A stretch of 49,444 nt of DNA, taken from Nemertoderma westbladi (Eukaryota; Animalia; Xenacoelomorpha). Positions 33,792-45,952 of this stretch are shown piece by piece; position 1 is the stretch's first letter, and each line of letters starts with the position of its first letter. The notes under the pieces are model-generated. The model did not search any database. It saw only the letters and a list, made by a program, of their open reading frames with translations, and was not told the DNA's origin. The stretch spans positions 1 to 49,444 of the forward strand of contig JAUCBJ010002553.1 of the NCBI GenBank assembly GCA_032718475.1, given 5' to 3'. Both the position numbers and the translations under genes were made by a program.

Positions 33792-35060
33792 TTATTTGAC
33801 ACCTTTATGTGCTGATTCAATGTGTCTCTTTACATCCCCTTTGTAACTAAATTGTTTGTCACAAGATCTGCAATTATACTTGATACCTTTATGTACTGAT
33901 TCCAGGTGTTCCTTCAGATGTCCTTTGCCACTAAATCGTTTGTCACAAGAACCGCAATTATACTTGACACCTTTATGTACTGATTCAATGTGTCTCTTTA
34001 GATCCCCTTTGTAACTAAATTGTTTGTCACAAGATCTGCAATTATACTTGATACCTTTATGTACTGATTCCAGGTGTTTCTTCAGATAATCTTTGTCACT
34101 AAACTGTTTGTCACAAGAACCGCAATTATACTTGATGCCTTTATGTACGGATTCCATGTGTCTCTTCAGATTTCCTTTGTCACTAAATTGTTTGTCACAA
34201 GATCTGCAATTATACTTGATACCTTTATGTACTGATTCCATGTGTCTCTTTAGAACCCCTTTATAACTAAATTGTTTGTCACAAGAATCGCAATTATACT
34301 TGATGCCTTTATGTACTGATTCCATGTGTCTCTTCAGATGTCCTTTGACACTAAATTGTTTGTCACAAGAACCGCAATTATACTTGATACCTCTGTGAAC
34401 TGATTCTATGTGTATCTTCAAATTCCCTCTGTCAATGAATTGTTTGTCACAATAAACGCAATTATACTTGATGCCTTTATGTACTGATTCCATGTGTTTC
34501 TTTAGGCCTCCTTTGACACTAAATTGTTTGTCACAAGAACCGCAATTATACTTGATACCTTTATGTACTGATTGTATGTGGATCTTTAATTTTTGTTGGC
34601 GTTTATAAACTTTATCACAATAAACACATTTAAAATGTTTACAGTTATTAACCGAAATGTCTACTTCCTGAGCAGAAGGTTCCTCAACACAGATATCTTG
34701 TTTTACATGTCGAAAAGATGTATCTTCGGAAGTACCGCAAATAGATTCCACTTCTGATTTAAAACTGATAACGTTTATACCGCTGTTTGTGTTGGCGATT
34801 TCATTAATAGAATATTGTTCATCTGTTCCAAACTCTTGTTTGAACTTTCGAGATGTATCTTCGGAAGTACCGCAAATAGCTCCCGCTTCTGATTTAAAAC
34901 TGAAAACGTTTATACAGCTGTTTGTGTCGATTTCATTATTAACATTTGGTGGAGCGACGCAGTTCTCTTGTTCCTCCTCACCGGACAGATAATCATTTTC
35001 ATCTGCCATGATACGATCTAGTAAATCCCAAGCAGCGTCACTCAAAGTGTTCGAATACAT
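33792..35060 (-). CDS. C2H2 zinc-finger protein, 422 aa, acidic N-terminus plus 10 tandem 29-aa fingers
   Basis: C-x2-C-DK[QR]F-x5-L-x2-H-x4-H with KGIKYN linkers; duplicated N-terminal NS.INV.SFKSE...ICGTSEDTS block. Confidence 0.92.
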   Translation of the reverse strand: MYSNTLSDAAWDLLDRIMADENDYLSGEEEQENCVAPPNVNNEIDTNSCINVFSFKSEAGAICGTSEDTSRKFKQEFGTDEQYSINEIANTNSGINVISFKSEVESICGTSEDTSFRHVKQDICVEEPSAQEVDISVNNCKHFKCVYCDKVYKRQQKLKIHIQSVHKGIKYNCGSCDKQFSVKGGLKKHMESVHKGIKYNCVYCDKQFIDRGNLKIHIESVHRGIKYNCGSCDKQFSVKGHLKRHMESVHKGIKYNCDSCDKQFSYKGVLKRHMESVHKGIKYNCRSCDKQFSDKGNLKRHMESVHKGIKYNCGSCDKQFSDKDYLKKHLESVHKGIKYNCRSCDKQFSYKGDLKRHIESVHKGVKYNCGSCDKRFSGKGHLKEHLESVHKGIKYNCRSCDKQFSYKGDVKRHIESAHKGVK

Positions 35061-36197
35061 ATTTAATAGAATTCGGACTAACTGACGTATAAATATGACA
35101 GTGACAGTCTAAATATTACAAATAAAATTGAAATTAATGACACAAACTTCACTAGTTGGGGCCTTAATACTTTCTGGGTTTGGCTGACTGTAATACTGAA
35201 TGCAGCTGCAACAGTGCTTAGGGGAGTGGAGCGCCTTATAACTGGACGCTGTTATAGAATTCGCTTACAATTAGAGCCAAATACAATAGATATAACAGAT
35301 ACGCCGGTAGCTACTGAGATCTGAGAACATGGGGCCTCTAATCCCTCTACCAGTATAGGCCTACCAGTAACTATAATAGTCAGCGAGTTTGATTCAGAGA
35401 ATACTGGAACTTTACAATGGAAAGGGGTTGTAGTAACAATACCTCGCTAGTAGTTAGGCCCGTTTCCGGGCTGCTTTAGTTACTGTAGTTACTGGAACGG
35501 GATGTGAGGAAAGGAGACGAAATGAGAAAAATTGATAATCAAATAATTCAACAGAGAGCTGTACTGGGTGTTTAGAGTAGAGCGGAGTTTACGGATGTAG
35601 AGAGTCTCTTTAATATCGGTAGGCCTACCACTACGGTAGGCCTAGACTATAGCTGGTTGAGGCGGAGCTTATAATTTTGAAGTTGGAAAAAATCATAAAA
35701 GCGGCGGCCTATGGACTTGCTGTGCTCGAAAATAGTAGAATGTTAAGGGAAGGGGGGGGGGGGCAGTGACCTGTTAAATACGAAAACCAGTGTGGCCGGC
35801 TTCACGACACCAAGGTGGTGGACAGTCTGGGGAATTTCCGGTTTGGGGGGCACTGAAACGCTAAAAAACGCATGTGTCTAAAACACTTGTCTGGTGGGAA
35901 AACACTTCTTTTCTCATATTCATTTCTACATTGTCTATATGAAAAGACTCTGATATTTTTCTGATAATTGAGGGAAAGGAGCAGGTTACAGAGGCGGGCT
36001 TTTCTAACCCAAACAATAAACGATCACTTAACTAATTGGGGGAAACCATATGGTCTGGTCAGACTATTAGACAGTCGGCAGGTCGGTAAAAAAATATTAA
36101 TGAAAAAAATTTTAAAAAGCGTTTCATAAAATAAGTGGTATAGACCTACATATAAATATATAGGCCTATATAAGCAGTGATACAGTACGCCGTAAGT

Positions 36198-37814
36198 GTG
36201 GGGCGAGCCACGAAGTGAGTGAGCCTTAGCGTAGTGGTACCATTAATCAACCTGTCGTTCTGTCGTTCTGTCGTTCTGTCGTTCTGTCGCGTCCAATTTT
36301 AAACGTTAATAACTCAGCCAATCTTTGATGAAATCTATCCAAACTTGGTACACATGTTGTTTGGCAAAAGTTTAGAAATTTTCCAAGTAGAATTTCCGTG
36401 TGGCCTTCGAGAAGCTAAGATAATAGCAGTTAATTAGTTAATTAAGTTGATTACGGTAAAAACACCATTTTCAACCTGCCTTTTAAAGGAAATTAATTGT
36501 TTTACAGTATAAGATTTAAATAATTATACTTAAAAATTATACAGATGTAATCCACATACGCCATTCTATTATAGTTTTTAATTAGTTCAAGTGATTTGCT
36601 TTATTAATTGTGTCTTTAATTGATCTAAAGTAATTAAAACGTCATAAAAAATTGATTCTCATTAAATACTGCTCATTTATTGGCTAACATGCTGGTACGA
36701 TGGAAGGATGTGTGTGTAAGGCAGCTATTTGCTGGGAATGATTATTGGTCAAGTCTCTGCTGGTGTGGAGCTAGCTGGCTTGGAGTTGTGGCTGTAGACT
36801 AACCAGAGAGGAATTGTACTGTAATAGGCAACCAGTATTGCTATTCCAGCCCAGACATCATTCTTGAAATCCAACATCCCAACATCCTTCCTGTATTGAC
36901 TCTACTATAAGTGTTGTATTGCTATCTCAGGTAAATGACAGATATAATAACATAAATACAATCCATGGCATGGCTGTTGTGTAGGCTTCTGAAATAGTTT
37001 ATTCCACAATGTATATGTCTGGTTATTTTTTAATTGAATTTTTGCAAAGTAGTAAAATTAATGTTCTTAAAAATAATATTATTATTTTATATGTAACCTA
37101 GGAAATTAGCTACATTTTTTCGCTGCAGCTTTAAGAGTGTACATTGATTTAATATTATTTCAATACCCATATTACTACATCGGCATAAGATGCGTTGGCG
37201 TTGTATCACACATCTCCACATAGATGTATCAACAGTTACTCGCACAGTTTCGAAACTTCGCATAGTTATAACTGTATAAAGATCGTCAGTCTGCGTTTAG
37301 GAAAAATATTTTATGACAAAACAGGACAAGCGACGAGCGCAACGAGGCATATAATGAAGACGAGTACTGCGTTGACTAAATTGTTATATAAACCACCTGG
37401 CTTCACATATTGATCGCATCCCTAGTTATTATTATTATAAAGATCGTCCTAGCCTGCGTTTAAGAAATATATTTAAATACAAAACAGGACGAACGCAAAG
37501 AGGCTTATAATGAAAACGAGTACTGCGTTTATTATATTCCTATAAACCACCTGGCTTTGCATATTTAACGTGCGATTGGAAATAAGTTCGTGCTACCCTT
37601 CCGTGGGTGGTAGATGTCGCGGTTATGTATTGGTGGGTGGGGGGAGGGGGGGGGGTGTGCAGATTAAAAGGGGTGAACACGTACTGTCCCCCTTTCTGTG
37701 ATTAATTGGTGGTGTGGGTTAATATCTCATAACCTGATTTTGTGATACAGTCGCACAATTTTAATTTGTTTCTCATAACTGGGCCTCGTGCTGCGCGAAG
37801 GCCCCACGAACGTG
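36198..37814 (+). mobile_element. Helentron-like element, full copy
   Basis: Same termini and interior as 27698-29290. Confidence 0.85.
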
Positions 37815-37935
37815 TTTTAAGGGACAGTCAGACGATCCCCAAAGTAACAATGCCTGCAGTAGTTATTACAGGCAGACAGGTATGGCAGCCAACCCAACAT
37901 GAGTCTGTAGTCTGAGACTACATTTAATGGAATCT

Positions 37936-39536
37936 GTGGGGCGAGCCACGAAGTGAGTGAGCCTTAGCGTAGTGGTACCATTAATCAACCTGTCGTTCTG
38001 TCGTTCTGTCGTTCTGTCGCGTCCAATTTTAAACGTTAATAACTCAGCCAATCTTTGATGAAATCTATCCAAACTTGGTACACATGTTGTTTGGCAAAAG
38101 TTTAGAAATTTTCCAAGTAGAATTTCCGTGTGGCCTTCGAGAAGCTAAGATAATAGCAGTTAATTAGTTAATTAAGTTGATTACGGTAAAAACACCATTT
38201 TCAACCTGCCTGTTAAAGGAAATTAATTGTTTTACAGTATAAGATTTAAATAATTATACTTAAAAATTATACAGATGTAATCCACATACGCCATTCTATT
38301 ATAGTTTTTAATTAGTTCAAGTGATTTGCTTTATTAATTGTGTCTTTAATTGATCTAAAGTAATTAAAACGTCATAAAAAATTGATTCTCATTAAATACT
38401 GCTCATTTATTGGCTAACATGCTGGTACGATGGAAGGATGTGTGTGTAAAGGCAGCTAGTTGCTGGGAATGATTACTGGTCAAGTCTCTGCTGGTGTGGA
38501 GCTAGCTTGGAGTTGTGGCTGTAGACTAACCAGAGAGAAATTGTAATAGGCAACCAGCATTGCTATTCCAGCCCAGGCAGCATTCCAACATCCCAACATC
38601 CTTCCTGTATTGACTCTACTACTGTAAGTGTTGTATTGCTATCTCAGGTAAATGACAGATATAATAACATAAATACCATCCATGGCATGGCTGTTGTGTA
38701 GGCTTATCTGAAATAGTTTATTCCACAATGTATATGTCTGGTTATTTTTTAATTGAATTTTTGCAAAGTAGTAAAATTAATGTTCTTAAAAATAATATTA
38801 TTATTTTATATGTAACCTAGGAAATTAGCTACATTTTTTCGCTGCAGCTTTAAGAGTGTACATTGATTTAATATTATTTCAATACCCATATTACTACATC
38901 GGCATAAGATGCGTTGGCGTTGTATCACACATCTCCACATATCACACATCTCCACATAGATGTATCGCACAGTTTCGAAACTTCGCATAGTTATAACTGT
39001 ATAAAGATCGTCAGTCTTCGTTTAGGAAAAATATTTTATGACAAAACAGGACAAGCGACGAGCGCAACGAGGCATATAATGAAGACGAGTACCTCGTTGA
39101 CTAAATTATTATATAAACCACCTGGCTTCACATATTGATCGCATCCCTAGTTATTATTATTATAAATATCGTCAGCCTGCGTTTAAGAAATATATTTAAA
39201 TACAAAACAGGACGAACGCAAAGAGGCTTATAATGAAAACGAGTACTGCGTTTATTATATTCCTATAAACCACCTGGCTTTGCATATTTAACGTGCGATT
39301 GGAAATAAGTTCGTGCTACCCTTCCGTGGGTGGTAGATGTCCCGGTTATGTATTGGTGGTTGGGAAGGTTGGGGGGGGGGGGGGATTAAAAGGGGTGAAC
39401 ACGTACTGTCCCCCTTTCTTTGATTGATTGGTGGTGTGGGTAAATTTCTCAAAACCTGATTTTGTGATACAGTCGCTCAATTTTAATTTGTATCTAATAA
39501 CTGGGCCTCGTGCTGCGCGAAGGCCCCACGAACGTG
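37936..39536 (+). mobile_element. Helentron-like element, full copy
   Basis: Same termini and interior. Confidence 0.85.
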
Positions 39537-39667
39537 TTGTCAGGCTGTGTTTATACACCTGTACACCAATACTGGTGAACCGATACAATAAATAACAGTT
39601 GACAGTAATACTGCAGTTGTTAAAAATTCAGTGCCCCTGAAACCGGAAAGAGCCGGTTGGAGAGCCT

Positions 39668-42565
39668 GTGGGGCGATCCACGAAGTGAGTGAGCCTTAGC
39701 GTAGTGGTACCATTAATCAACCTGTGGGGCGAGCCACGAAGTGAGTGAGCCTTAGCGTAGTGGTACCATTAATCAACCTGTCGTTCTGTCGTTCTGTCGT
39801 TCTGTCGCGTTCAATTTTAAACGTTAATAACTCCATCGGCCAATCTTTGATGAAATCTATCCAAACTTGTTACACATGTTGTTTGGCAAAAGTTTAGAAA
39901 TTTTCCAAGTAGAATTTCCGTGTGGCCTTCGAGAAGCTAAGATAATAGCAGTTAATTAGTTAATTAAGTTGATTACGGTAAAAACACCATTTTCAACCTG
40001 CCTTTTAAAGGAAATTAATTGTTTTACAGTATAAGATTTAAATAATTATACTTAAAAATTATACAGATGTAATCCACATACGCCATTCTATAATAGTTTT
40101 TAATTAGTTCAAGTGATTTGCTTTAATAATTGTGTCTTTAATTGATCTAAAGTAATTAAAACGGCGTAAAAAATTGATTCTCATTAAATACTGCTCATTT
40201 ATTGGCCAACATGCTGGTACATAGATGGAAGGATGTGTGTTAAGGCAGCCAGGTGCTGGGAATGATTATTGGTCAAGTCTCTGCTGGTGTGGAGCTAGCT
40301 GGGAGTTGTGGCTGTAGACTAACCAGAGAGGAATTGACTATTGACTCTACTATAAGTGTTGTATTGCTATCTCAGGTAAATGACAGATATAATAACATAA
40401 ATACAATCCATGGCATGGCTGAAATAGTTCTTCTGAAATAGTTTATTCCACAATGTATATGTCTGGTTATTTTTTAATTGAATTTTTGCAAAGTAATTTT
40501 AATGTTCTTAAAAATAATATTATTATTTTCTATGTAACCTAGGAAATTAGCTACATTTTTTCGCTGCAGCTTTAAGAGTGTACATTGATTTAATATTATT
40601 TCAATACCCATATTACTACATCGGCATAAGATGCGTTGGCGTTGTATCACACATCTCCACATATCACACATCTCCACATAGATGTATCAACAGTTACTCG
40701 CACAGTTTCGAAACTTCGCATAGTTATAACTGTATAAAGATCGTCAGTCTGCGTTTAGGAAAAATATTTTATGACAAAACAGGACAAGCGACGAGCGCAA
40801 CGAGGCATATAAAGAAGACGAGAACTGCGTTGACTATATTATTATATAAACCACCTGGCTTCACATATTGATCGCATCCCTAGTTATTATTATTATAAAG
40901 ATCGTCCTAGCCTGCGTTTAAGAAATATATTTAAATACAAAACAGGACGAACGCAAAGAGGCTTATAATGAAAACGAGTACTGCGTTTATTATATTCCTA
41001 TAAACCACCTGGCTTTGCATATTTAAAGTGCGATTGGAAATAAGTTCGTGCTACCCTTCCGTGGGTGGTAGATGTCGCGGTTATGTATTGGTGGTTGGGA
41101 AGGGTGGGGGGGGGGGGGATTAAAAGGGGTGAACACGTACTGTCCCCCTTTCTTTGATTGATTGGTGGTGTGGGTAAATTTCTCAAAACCTGATTTTGTG
41201 ATACAGTCGCTCAATTTTGATTTGTATCTAATAACTGGGCCTCGTGCTGCGCGAAGGCCCCACGAACGTGTCGTTCTGTCGTGTTCAATTTTAAACGTTA
41301 ATAACTCGGCCAATCTTTGATGAAATCTATCCAAACTTGGTACACATGTTGTTTGGCAAAAGTTTAGAAATTTTCCAAGTAGAATTTCCGTGTGGCCTTC
41401 GAGAAGCTAAGATAATAGCAGTTAATTAGTAAATTAAGTTGATTACGGTAAAAACACCATTTTCAACCTGCCTTTTAAAGGAAATTAATTGTTTTACAGT
41501 ATAAGATTTAAATAATTATACTTAAAAATTATACAGATGTAATCCACATACGCCATTCTATTATAGTTTTTAATTAGTTCAAGTGATTTGCTTTAATAAT
41601 TGTGTCTTTAATTGATCTAGCTAAAGTAATTAAAACGGAATAAAAAATTGATTCTCATTAAATACTGCTCATTTATTGGCTAACATGCTGGTACGATGGA
41701 AGGATGTGTGTGTAAGGCAGCTAGTTGCTGGGAATGATTATTGGTCAAGTCTCTGCTGGTGTGGAGCTAGCTGGGAGTTGTGGCTGTAGACTAACCAGAG
41801 AGGAATAGTAATAGGCAACCAGTATTGCTATTCCAGCCCAGACAGCATTCTTTAAATCCACTATAAATGTTGTATTGCTATCTCAGGTAAATGACAGATA
41901 TAATAACATAAATACCATCCATGGCATGGCTGTTGTAGGCTTCTGAAATAGTTTATTCCACAATGTATATGTCTGTTTATTCTTTAATTGAATTTTTGCA
42001 AAGTAGTAAAATTAATGTTCTTAAAAATAATATTATTATTTTATATGTAACCTAGGAAATTAGCTACATTTTTTCGCTGCAGTTTTAAGAGTGTACATTG
42101 ATTTAATATTATTTAAATACCCATATTACTACATCGGCATAAGATGCGTTGGCGTTGTATCACACCTCCACATATCACACATCTCCACATAGATGTATCA
42201 ACAGTTACTCGCACAGTTTCGAAACTTCGCATAGTTATAACTGTATAAAGATCGTCAGTTTACGTTTAGGGAAAATATTTTATGACAAAACAGGACAAGC
42301 GACGAGTGCAACGAGGCATATAATGAAGACGAGTACTGCGTTGACTAAATTATTATATAAACCACCTGGCTTCACATATTGATCGCATCCCTAGTTATTA
42401 TTATTATAAAGATCGTCCTAGCCTGCGTTTAAGAAATATATTTAAATACAAAACAGGACGAACGCAAAGAGGCTTATCATGAAAACGAGTACTGCGTTTA
42501 TTATATTCCTATAAACCACCTGGCTTTGCATATTCAACGTGCGATTGGAAATAAGTTCGTGCTAC
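39668..42565 (+). mobile_element. Helentron-like element (39668-39723 plus 41271-42565), split by a nested copy and cut at 42565 by the LTR element
   Basis: The 5' head at 39668-39723 joins seamlessly to the microsatellite at 41271; homology stops after TTCGTGCTAC. Confidence 0.85.
39724..41270 (+). mobile_element. Helentron-like element, full copy nested inside another copy
   Basis: Both termini present, inserted in the host's CAACCTGTCGTT. Confidence 0.88.
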
Positions 42566-44070
42566 TGTAAAAGCTTTTGTGGGATAACTGATACGTTTGC
42601 CTTTGCTGGCCAGTTCCCCCCCGGTCGCTAGAATACTCTCAAAGGGATTTATAACTAAAATAGTGCAAGCTACCAGCTTATTGGCTGATGTGCTGTGTGG
42701 AGATATCTGGGCTCAGTTTAATCGGCCAACCAGTGTAGGGAGGTTGCCTAAGCCTTGCTGTCCGTGTCGGCCAATAGAATTTGCGTGGGCGTTGATTTCG
42801 ACCTATCCCAGCGCTACTGAACTGAATTTCCTATCTCACTGCTCATCCTCTGTGTTGGACGGGAGCTTCGGGGAATAAGAGTTTTTGGTATACTCGTATA
42901 GTAGTAGTAGTCATATGATTTTATATGATTCTGTTGTTGTGTTCCCATTTTCGCCATAACACCGGCTTTTGGGAAGAACTCTAGTAAAACTGCTTAAATT
43001 ATCGAAAGTATAAACTGTTACCTAACTAACTACTCACTTACTTAATTAATCAATCTTAACTCACTATTAATCATATTGTTTGTACTGTTATTTACCGTCA
43101 GTTATTAATTGTACCTATTTGTTGATGGAAATATTGCTCTTTGGATAATACGGATAAATCACCCAAATTTCCCAATTTTCTTGATACACTACAGGTTAGA
43201 GAGACAGGCTATATATAACAATTGCGATTTATATTAATGTGGTGTGTATTGAATCTAATGTTATTTAGTAGACCCTACATGAGTCAATTGCTGCTCTCTT
43301 TATGTGTGATCAAATATACTGACGGTCGGCAGAATAGGGTGTATGATTGTGATTGGTAACAAAGTATTTCCTAAAGAATACGCTTTATACTTTAATCATA
43401 AGCGGTATCGTTGCGTTTTAGTATAAGTCTTAGTTCTGTTTAAATAGATAGAGCGCCACGTCCTAAAGGAACTGTTAATATTTCCCGAAAGCCAATAATA
43501 TCTGTCAGGAATTAATTATTAACGATCTATCGAATAATACAGTAAGTTTACGCTGCAACCTTACACTGCAATAATAAAATTTAAGCATCCGAATTCAGCC
43601 TCCCGGGTGTAGATCCATCGGGTGAATGATCGCGCATGGGCTGACTTCGGCTAATGTTTTGCGTATTAGCATAAAATATTGTCGTATGCTAAAGGTGTTT
43701 TAATTAACTAAAAGACATATAAATTTTGGCAGGTTAAACTGCTAAAGGTCTTCAAAAGCGCGAACAGTAAAAGTTTATAATCTTATTGCAGTAGGCAATA
43801 AGGTTGCAAAATACCGTAGTGACTGGTAAAACTGAACCGGTACTTCTGTAGGTCAGTAGGCCTAACTGTCATCACCGGTACCGGTACTGCTGTACAAGTA
43901 CATTTAGTATTATTCGATTTTGATTATTGTATACCGGTAGGCTGTTTAAGAGATTAGGGACTGTACACCCCTTGTTTCTTTTGGAGCTTACTTATTTCTG
44001 TCGGTTTTATTTCCTAGTAAGTTAATATTGAGCTGAAGACGTGTAAGTCTGCTCAGATTGTGCAAGTAAT

Positions 44071-44640
44071 TGTAGGCTGAACTGCTGTCTGACTGTGTTG
44101 AGTTTGGAGAGATTACGGCGTGTGTAGAGTTTGTCTGATAAAGTGCCGTTAGTAAGTTGGGGCAGCCATATGCGGTAAGGTCAATCCCCTCTTAAAGAAT
44201 AAGTCGTACTACCGTGTTAGAACGCATACTAACTAACAGTTTCAGAGTCTGCATATACTGTAGTTTATTTAGGCTTGATCGTAGTCTGCCAGTGTTTTAG
44301 TCTGTGTTTGTTTGTGTGGTCTGTTCAGGTACCGTAATAGTTATTACTCAAATATTTTGTAGGCTAGATTGTTGTCTAGCTATTCTTAGGCCTGAAGGGA
44401 TTGCTGCGTGTGTAGAGTTGGTCTGATAAAGTGCCGTTAGTAAGTTGGGGCAGCCATATGCGGTAAGGTCAATCCCCTCTTAAAGAGTAAGTCGTACTAC
44501 CGTGTTAGAACGCATACTAACTAACAGTTTCAGAATCTGCACATACTGTAGTTTGTTTAGGCTTGATAGTAGTCTGCCAGCGTTTAGTTTGTATTTTGTT
44601 TGAGTATTCTGTACGGGTAGCGTAATATTTATTATTCAGA
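44071..44640. repeat. 288-bp tandem duplication (2 copies) in the LTR/leader
   Basis: GCGTGTGTAGAGTTKGTCTGATAAAGTGCCGTTAGTAAG at 44118 and 44406. Confidence 0.92.
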
Positions 44641-45564
44641 GTTTATGCGATTATTCGCAACATTCATGTCCCCAAGTTTATTCCTACAGTAATTGTGCTT
44701 GTTATACATACCGTTATAGTTAAACTAACCCCGGTACTACATCAGGGCTGCTCGGCGTAGGTAAAGACTGGAGATTTTGTGCTTCGGTCACTCCAGCAGA
44801 TGCCGTGGTTCTTTTAACTGTTCAAGTATATTTAACTACTGATTATTTGTTATACCGGTACTTGTACCTAATTTAGGGTTTAGTGTACAGTGCTTTCCGA
44901 AGTAATTAGTGTAGGCAGTATATTTGTGTTGTACAGTGGTTGATAGGCACATTCGTTAGCTCTATTAGCTTCTGGGAAGGAACAATCCGTGATACATAAC
45001 GTAGTACCTATAGCGATACGGTTATAGGTCGTCAGGCGGTGGTATTTTCCTATCTGGACAGTACAATATATTTACTACTACTTATTATTTCAAATACCGT
45101 AGTACCCTGTCCGTTGTAATAACCAGAATTCTAACCCTTTGTTAGGCTGGTTTGTAGACTTCCTGTAAAATTACCCTAAAAATTTCGTACGTAATATTTT
45201 GTTGTGTTTAATTAGAGAATTAATCTCACCCATATAGTAAGTAATTTGTAGTATTAAGTAACTTAGGTAAATTAGAATTATCAGTTTTAGTGTCAAATAA
45301 ATAGCACTTCACTGAGAGCGCACAGCTTCTGTGTAGTGACTCCCCCAGAAATAATAACATTTATTTCAAATATTGACAAAAAACACATTTAAACGGGTAT
45401 ATAAATATTATAAATCAACTCAAACGATTTATAAATAGTAGGCCTGCCATACAACAACTAGGTCTCAATATCAGTTGGACTACTGCTTAAATAACGGTAA
45501 TAAAGTAAGTTAAAGTAACCAAGTAACCCTAAAATATTCAGAAATTCAATTATTCTAAAAATAA

Positions 45565-45866
45565 TTGACATACCGGTACTTACAATAGGCTTATTATATT
45601 TATTTCTATAAATTTGAGCTGAAATCATACCGGTACTCTGTAATTAATTCTAGTCCAGAATTATACTTATATACTATAAGTGTAAGCTGTATACCGGTGT
45701 TCACTATAGGCCTACTATATATATATATATATATTTGTGCTAAAATTATATACCGGTACTCTGTGACAAATCCAGTCTGTAATAATACTTATATATATTA
45801 TAAGCATACCGGTATTCTAATATATTGTATATATATCACGTTACACTGAGTAACGGTACCGGTAAT
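45565..45866. repeat. Degenerate ~58-bp tandem repeat anchored on TACCGGT, 6 copies, just upstream of gag
   Basis: TACCGGT at about 45571, 45628, 45692, 45751, 45806 and 45857. Confidence 0.7.
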
Positions 45867-45952
45867 AAATCGCTAGGCTTGCGGTCATACTGAATTACCA
45901 GACTTGCTTTAACTGAAACTATAGTAGTAGGCATTCAACTGTATAGCTAAAC

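Noticed and set aside
36198-41270. Repeat-spacer-repeat layout resembling CRISPR or a cassette array
   Set aside because: Repeats are 1.6-kb transposon copies, spacers look like ordinary local DNA, and there are no cas or integrase genes
28664-42382. Recurring MALYHTSPH... and MDRFHQR... ORFs as a gene family
   Set aside because: Incidental frames in the repeated element, with non-ATG starts and copy-specific indels
44118-44600. Hammerhead ribozyme in the 288-bp duplication
   Set aside because: CTGATAA does not match the CUGANGA core and no supporting stems were found
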